Of a stretch of DNA of 64,000 bases, positions 60,201 to 64,000 are shown piece by piece; the stretch's first letter is position 1; each line of letters starts with the position of its first letter. The notes beneath the pieces were generated by a model. That model did not search any database and was not told the origin of the DNA. It was given only the letters and a program-made list of their open reading frames with translations. The position numbers and the translations under genes are program-made. The stretch is from Paramoeba atlantica (Eukaryota; Protista; Discosea), in contig CDRNVI010000039.1 of assembly GCA_977017575.1 (NCBI GenBank), positions 124,001 through 188,000 on the forward strand. Direction: 5' to 3'.

Positions 60201-62466
60201 TAATATTGGGATACCCAACATGTGCGATGCTGGGATAGGTTGATTCACGTTCCATTGTGTGCCTGGAGAGTGTATTCGCCACTTGGTGAGATTGATTATT
60301 CAGGTAGGACGTGCTTTCCAGCGGAGATGCCACAGGGGTATTTGCCAAAGAGTTATGCGTAGAGGAACCAATTTTCGAGCTAGGCTGTGATGTGCTCACT
60401 GGGGTAGTCGAGAACGTTTGAACAGGAAGTGTCATAGGCTTGGATGTCACGTTCAATGGAGTTGTATTTTGTTGAGAGGTTGGTAATGCTGCAAATGTGG
60501 GATTCAAAGTTTGGAAGATATCCTGAGATCCCGAAGCGCCCGTGTGGTTCTGAAACTCAGTTCCTACAGGTCCTTGAGCCCTTTTCTCCGGTTCGTCCGA
60601 TGATAATGCATCTCGGACACGATCAGGAGTGGAGGACGTACGCGCCGCTAAGTATGCAGTGGAAGCGTCTTCTGACGATTTCATGGTGGATGAGGGAGCG
60701 TCTGCTCTTTCAGGACTATTAATTACATTTTTTGAGCCGGACAAAAAATCACTCAATCGAGCTTCGGCACCGGAAGTTACCAATGAACCGTTCTCCAACT
60801 TGGATTTATCGACACCTGGGATACTATAAAGAGAAGACAGTGGGGTTGTGCTTGACGCATCCTTTGTCTTAGGCGCGAAATCATCCGACCAAAATTCAGC
60901 TGAAGTTTCAGAACTCCTTTTATTTATCGTGGGGTCACCAGGGGACACATCATTGTCACGAATTGTACTGGAAATGGAGGCTGTGTGATCGAAACTTAAT
61001 GGAGGCACAATACTGGGTGACTGATCAGATTTTGAAACCAAAGGTAAGGAATTAGGCCCAACAGAAGCCATGCCATCTCCAGAAGCTTTCGGTGACTCTC
61101 CTATGCTATGTTTCTGTGGGTCAGGAGGTCTATGCAATTGGTGACTACGGATAGCAGAAGGCCCTGCGGACAAGGAAGCGGATTCAGAAGCAAAGAAAAG
61201 ATGATCCATCTTATTTTTATTGGGTGACTCGATTATCTTTGACTTGGGTTCCACGAAGTGTGCCGTTTCGTGTTTCGGAAATTCAGCCGCAGAAGTGGGG
61301 GCCTTAAAAACTAAATCTGGCGCTGATTCAAACGACGTGTCAGGAGTTCTTCCCGATTGGAGTGCTTTGGTCGTTGAATCCACTTGTCGAGTACTGGGTA
61401 CTTTCGGAGAAAGTTGGACGTCACCAAACAAGTGTTCAATGCCCGTAGATGGTGCCTGGGGCTGGGTTATAGGCTTTGAATAGGAAGAAAGAGTCGAAAA
61501 GGGATCTTGAGACGGTGCCAGTTTTTGAACTGTAGTTTCAGGTACCCCAATGTTCGTACGTACCGTTGGTTGTGGAGGGACTGTAGAGACGGATGGCTGT
61601 GAAGCAAAGCCAGCAGTATTGGGCTGTGCTTGCTGAACGAAAGTGTGTCCCGGAGCTGGTGGCGCGACATTTGGGGTAGAATATCCCGAAGACGGTACAG
61701 GAGTTATGGAAGCCATCGCAGTAGGATACGTTGTCCCGGAGGGATAGGAAAACAAACCTGTCGATTGTGCGATTGATGGTTGAGCCAAGACTTCCCCAGA
61801 AGGGCGTGCGACGCCCCCAGGGGTAGCAACAGGCTGGGAAATAGACGTCGGTTGTGGTGCGCTTTCTCCGAAATACTGTGTAGCCTCCACAGTTCGAGCC
61901 ATCGATGGTTGCATCGGTGTAGGATAGGGCTGTTGTAAGTTATTCGCCGCAGAAGGAGCGGATATGGATCCCGGAAAAGTGGCAGTCGGCCCAGGCGGAG
62001 GCGGAGACAGATTCGAACCGGAACATTGCGATAGGTTTGGAAAAGCAGCCCTTGCCTGAGTAGGTAAATTCGGCAATGAGGGCTGTGGTATGGATTGCGT
62101 CAGGCCAGCGGGAGGATGCACTCCGAGGGAAGGATTTTGTGGTGGAAACGGCTTGGTGGTTTGAGCCATGAGAAGGGGTGCGTGCGACGGCGCAAGCGAC
62201 CCAGGGATGGAGGACTGGTAGGTAGCCGGGTTATTTTGTGAAAGCGAGGGATCATGCATTCCATATGAGGGAGGCGTGGGAGCCACATGGTATGGGACGG
62301 TCCCGGTCGGGTAGGAAGGCAAGGCTGCGTGCACAGGTTGATAGGCGTATGTAGAAGGATGCTGTTCCTGTGGAGGTGATTGCTGTGTCCGTAGAGAAGG
62401 ATCATTGGTCTGACCAGACGGAGAAGGCAATGGATTGGATGGGTACGGGTAAGGATAAGGATTCAT
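57262..62466 (-). CDS. SEC24: COPII coat subunit Sec24 (C/D-like) with very long Pro/Ser-rich N-terminus
   Basis: RIDPTQVPNP, zinc finger PVRCRRCRAYV..WGCTYC, trunk VFVLDIS, LPENLKLLPL, gelsolin-like C-terminus SYVDFLCLLH. Confidence 0.95.
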   Translation of the reverse strand: MNPYPYPYPSNPLPSPSGQTNDPSLRTQQSPPQEQHPSTYAYQPVHAALPSYPTGTVPYHVAPTPPSYGMHDPSLSQNNPATYQSSIPGSLAPSHAPLLMAQTTKPFPPQNPSLGVHPPAGLTQSIPQPSLPNLPTQARAAFPNLSQCSGSNLSPPPPGPTATFPGSISAPSAANNLQQPYPTPMQPSMARTVEATQYFGESAPQPTSISQPVATPGGVARPSGEVLAQPSIAQSTGLFSYPSGTTYPTAMASITPVPSSGYSTPNVAPPAPGHTFVQQAQPNTAGFASQPSVSTVPPQPTVRTNIGVPETTVQKLAPSQDPFSTLSSYSKPITQPQAPSTGIEHLFGDVQLSPKVPSTRQVDSTTKALQSGRTPDTSFESAPDLVFKAPTSAAEFPKHETAHFVEPKSKIIESPNKNKMDHLFFASESASLSAGPSAIRSHQLHRPPDPQKHSIGESPKASGDGMASVGPNSLPLVSKSDQSPSIVPPLSFDHTASISSTIRDNDVSPGDPTINKRSSETSAEFWSDDFAPKTKDASSTTPLSSLYSIPGVDKSKLENGSLVTSGAEARLSDFLSGSKNVINSPERADAPSSTMKSSEDASTAYLAARTSSTPDRVRDALSSDEPEKRAQGPVGTEFQNHTGASGSQDIFQTLNPTFAALPTSQQNTTPLNVTSKPMTLPVQTFSTTPVSTSQPSSKIGSSTHNSLANTPVASPLESTSYLNNQSHQVANTLSRHTMERESTYPSIAHVGYPNITHPPVHQIASPGGASGLTTPQNLTPASAPFQATPQVDLPQTTPSWQTSAPTGTHFSAPPQISASTNTPSFSNLSQPTPSITAHPPHPMPPSHQPDTPIPQPHPTTHQPYPNPPTPQYPPEILSSLPPNAPLPSSSPSSTSALPTSPTSRPPSTSRRIDPTQVPNPSRDLLPSNGTRAFYRTAAADTLPPPAGSSSLTQDDGNASPRYVRLSCYRAPLERKVLEGAQLPWAAVLTPLAPPGPGEGPVPVVLPVPGHGPVRCRRCRAYVSCHSTFTEQGRRWGCTYCRIDNEVPQGYGCGLDPATGRRMDYGTRAEITVGSVEYNVEGLSDYALRRGQSEGVVGVGKTAPAATYPLHVVFVLDISCGVGDATSGYLGAMVEALTQALRVAAQTSPEVYVGFVTFASSVHFYDFRVMRTDATSRRAAQVCMNEPDNPFVPLPFNQLCWLSLEREIDVALRFVQDLPVYAAHCTERGSALGAAVRCAQLILHDTGGRVIVSTTQGCNTGLGALTPREENKLIGVNNDREAFLPREGFWTTIATEAAKRQISFDWINFSSSFVELPTLSQLSHLSSGNILEMSHFVPSRDSSRLKHELTEILAQPSAHGAILRVRVSNGTRVASYSGHYLSQDAKDMDLAALYPNQSFLVEFEHEGRLESPTEWYLQAALLYTTPRGDRRLRVHSLRVPVVAQIPELFKGCDLEATLACYLHRSLRAVVAKGLTKAREAMNQQVTEMLFSYRRYCSSSQHAGQLILPENLKLLPLFLYLSLKTFALRQPSQTDVRVDDRARDLHRLLALPPSQLLLYLYPRTYDLTNLLSTPSVGTFPLLSSPDFADNSVPPSPFANCVMPPWTQLYAERIRSDGVYLCDDLAFGKTYLWVGNQVTSECLQQLFGISVLPSSETITDAWMLREEVNPRLRAAWNEIRATRGNILPRLELIREGVDSLESLWWQRMVEDRNCGETSYVDFLCLLHATIREKMIMA
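59000..60000. other. GC-skew island inside SEC24
   Basis: C/A-rich 59000-59330, GC core to ~59600, G-tracts 59600-60000. Confidence 0.85.
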
Positions 62467-62822
62467 TGTGAGAGGATGTGCTCAAGAAGAAAAGATTGCA
62501 GTTGCTTTCAAAAATTAGAAAAGAAAATTAGTTTTATACAAACATGAAAACACTTCAGGTTTTCGTTTGCACCATGTTTCGTAATGTTATGCTAACATAC
62601 TTGTAGAAGCAAAACCAGCTTGACCAGTCATTAAATTAATTCACTCATACGTGTGTAAATGAAACGAATGACTTTTTTTGTCATACCCTGACGCAGATTA
62701 TTTCGCCCCTTGTGGCTGGGCCACCAGCCCTGCACGACGGCCTTACATTTTATGATTATCTGCGCGCTTACAAAAAGACTTTTACAAAAATTGATTCCAA
62801 TAATTCCAAGTGTTAACTTGTG

Positions 62823-64000
62823 CTATTTATCAAGATTTGCAGCGATATCAAAAAGCTTGGACCTTTTAACTGCTTTAGCTTTCTCACCGGTTTCAACGGA
62901 TATGCAAGGCCCACTTCCCGGTTTTGGATGCGGACTTATTGTCACTTCTCTGTAGTGAGGATGAGAGGTAAGAAATAACTCAACTTCCTCTTGATACTCC
63001 TTTCCAAGATTGACGGTTGGCTCAAATAAGTTACGCTGTGTTGAAATATCTCGTACTCTAATGTTTGAGATCCGTTCAAGCGCTTCAGAGAGGCCAACAA
63101 AAACTACAGGGTGGTTCTCGACTTGTAAACAACTTTGTAGAGACCCAAAAGCGATATGAATGTCATTGAGTACTCCTACAAATTGTGCGTTTGCATCTCT
63201 TGCGCATGCTAAGCTATCTTGATCATTTTGGGATTTCAGGCAGGTGAAAAGGAAAAGCTGAACAGAAACATAATTCCGAAGCTCAATAACAAAATTCGCT
63301 TCAAGTACTCTCCATAATTCTGGCATATGGTGCTGCACTCTTGTGTATATTTTCAAGGTTTCCTTTTCGGAAAGTGAAGAGGTGATACGACGAAGTAAAC
63401 GATCTGCTGTCTTAGCGATATCATCGGAAGTTTCTGGATAACGTCCGGAACCTTTGACTTCCTCTGCACTATCAGAAAAACCATTTGGCAATTCCGAATC
63501 AGCATCTCCCATTGAGAGTATTTTCGAAAGAAGTGTGGGGAATGCATCACTTCGAGAAAGATGCAATAGGTAGGATAAACCAACTAGAAAACGAAGAAGG
63601 CGCTGCAGGCGAATACGTATGTACCCAATCACTGAGGCCAATAATTGCATAGATTCCAGAGAATGAATTTCAACTGGAATGGCAAGACCTAACAGTTGAA
63701 CCAACTGTATCCACGTGTCAGTACTGGGCAAAAAGTAAGAATTAGCGAACGCAGCGCTTGTACTTTGAGATGGATTCGTAGAGTGATCAGCTAATGCAAA
63801 ATAAGAGCACATGTGATTTGCGAGAGTTATTCCCCACACTGGAAAATGAGTCAAAGATTCCCAAGATTCCTTTTGATCTAGCAATATGAATCTCGAAGTG
63901 TGTAACTCCTCTTCAATAGTGTCTTTACAATAGTGTATGGAATCTTGAAGCTGCGTGGCCTGTCGTTGCAAGAAAATAAAGAATTGATGAAACCGCTTAT
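62823..64000 (-). CDS. Hypothetical protein, 5' end outside window
   Basis: The frame of ORF 62823-63971 has no stop between 63971 and the window edge; no recognised motif. Confidence 0.65.
   Translation of the reverse strand, partial: KRFHQFFIFLQRQATQLQDSIHYCKDTIEEELHTSRFILLDQKESWESLTHFPVWGITLANHMCSYFALADHSTNPSQSTSAAFANSYFLPSTDTWIQLVQLLGLAIPVEIHSLESMQLLASVIGYIRIRLQRLLRFLVGLSYLLHLSRSDAFPTLLSKILSMGDADSELPNGFSDSAEEVKGSGRYPETSDDIAKTADRLLRRITSSLSEKETLKIYTRVQHHMPELWRVLEANFVIELRNYVSVQLFLFTCLKSQNDQDSLACARDANAQFVGVLNDIHIAFGSLQSCLQVENHPVVFVGLSEALERISNIRVRDISTQRNLFEPTVNLGKEYQEEVELFLTSHPHYREVTISPHPKPGSGPCISVETGEKAKAVKRSKLFDIAANLDK

Overview
Eukaryotic, intron-free DNA in two zones. (1) Positions ~1-18.2 kb are a nest of decayed mobile elements: pogo-like, Tc1-like and hAT-like transposase remnants, a duplicated RTE-like non-LTR reverse transcriptase pseudogene, many TA-flanked MITEs and foldbacks, a 98-bp tandem repeat and a complete tRNA-headed SINE with a target-site duplication. 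One dual-specificity phosphatase gene is stranded inside this zone. (2) Positions ~18.2-64 kb are a run of about 25 single-exon genes, all on the minus strand: pentafunctional AROM, a Ubc7/UBE2G-type E2, an HMG-box protein, PTH2, a DnaJ protein, V-ATPase proteolipid, a TRAPP sybindin subunit, Plus3-RING, N6AMT1, an ABC half-transporter, a large beta-helix protein, a second DSP, Sec24, ten short LRR paralogues and hypotheticals. This layout suggests a kinetoplastid-type polycistronic unit, and the LRR family is reminiscent of Perkinsela-like prokinetoplastids. The organism assignment is inference only. Main highlights: recurring dyad-symmetric C-rich / GC core / G-rich skew islands every few kb that override coding sequence; an AROM whose shikimate-kinase domain has lost its P-loop; a tRNA-derived SINE; a conserved leader motif on the LRR family; and DNA transposons in a kinetoplastid-like genome.
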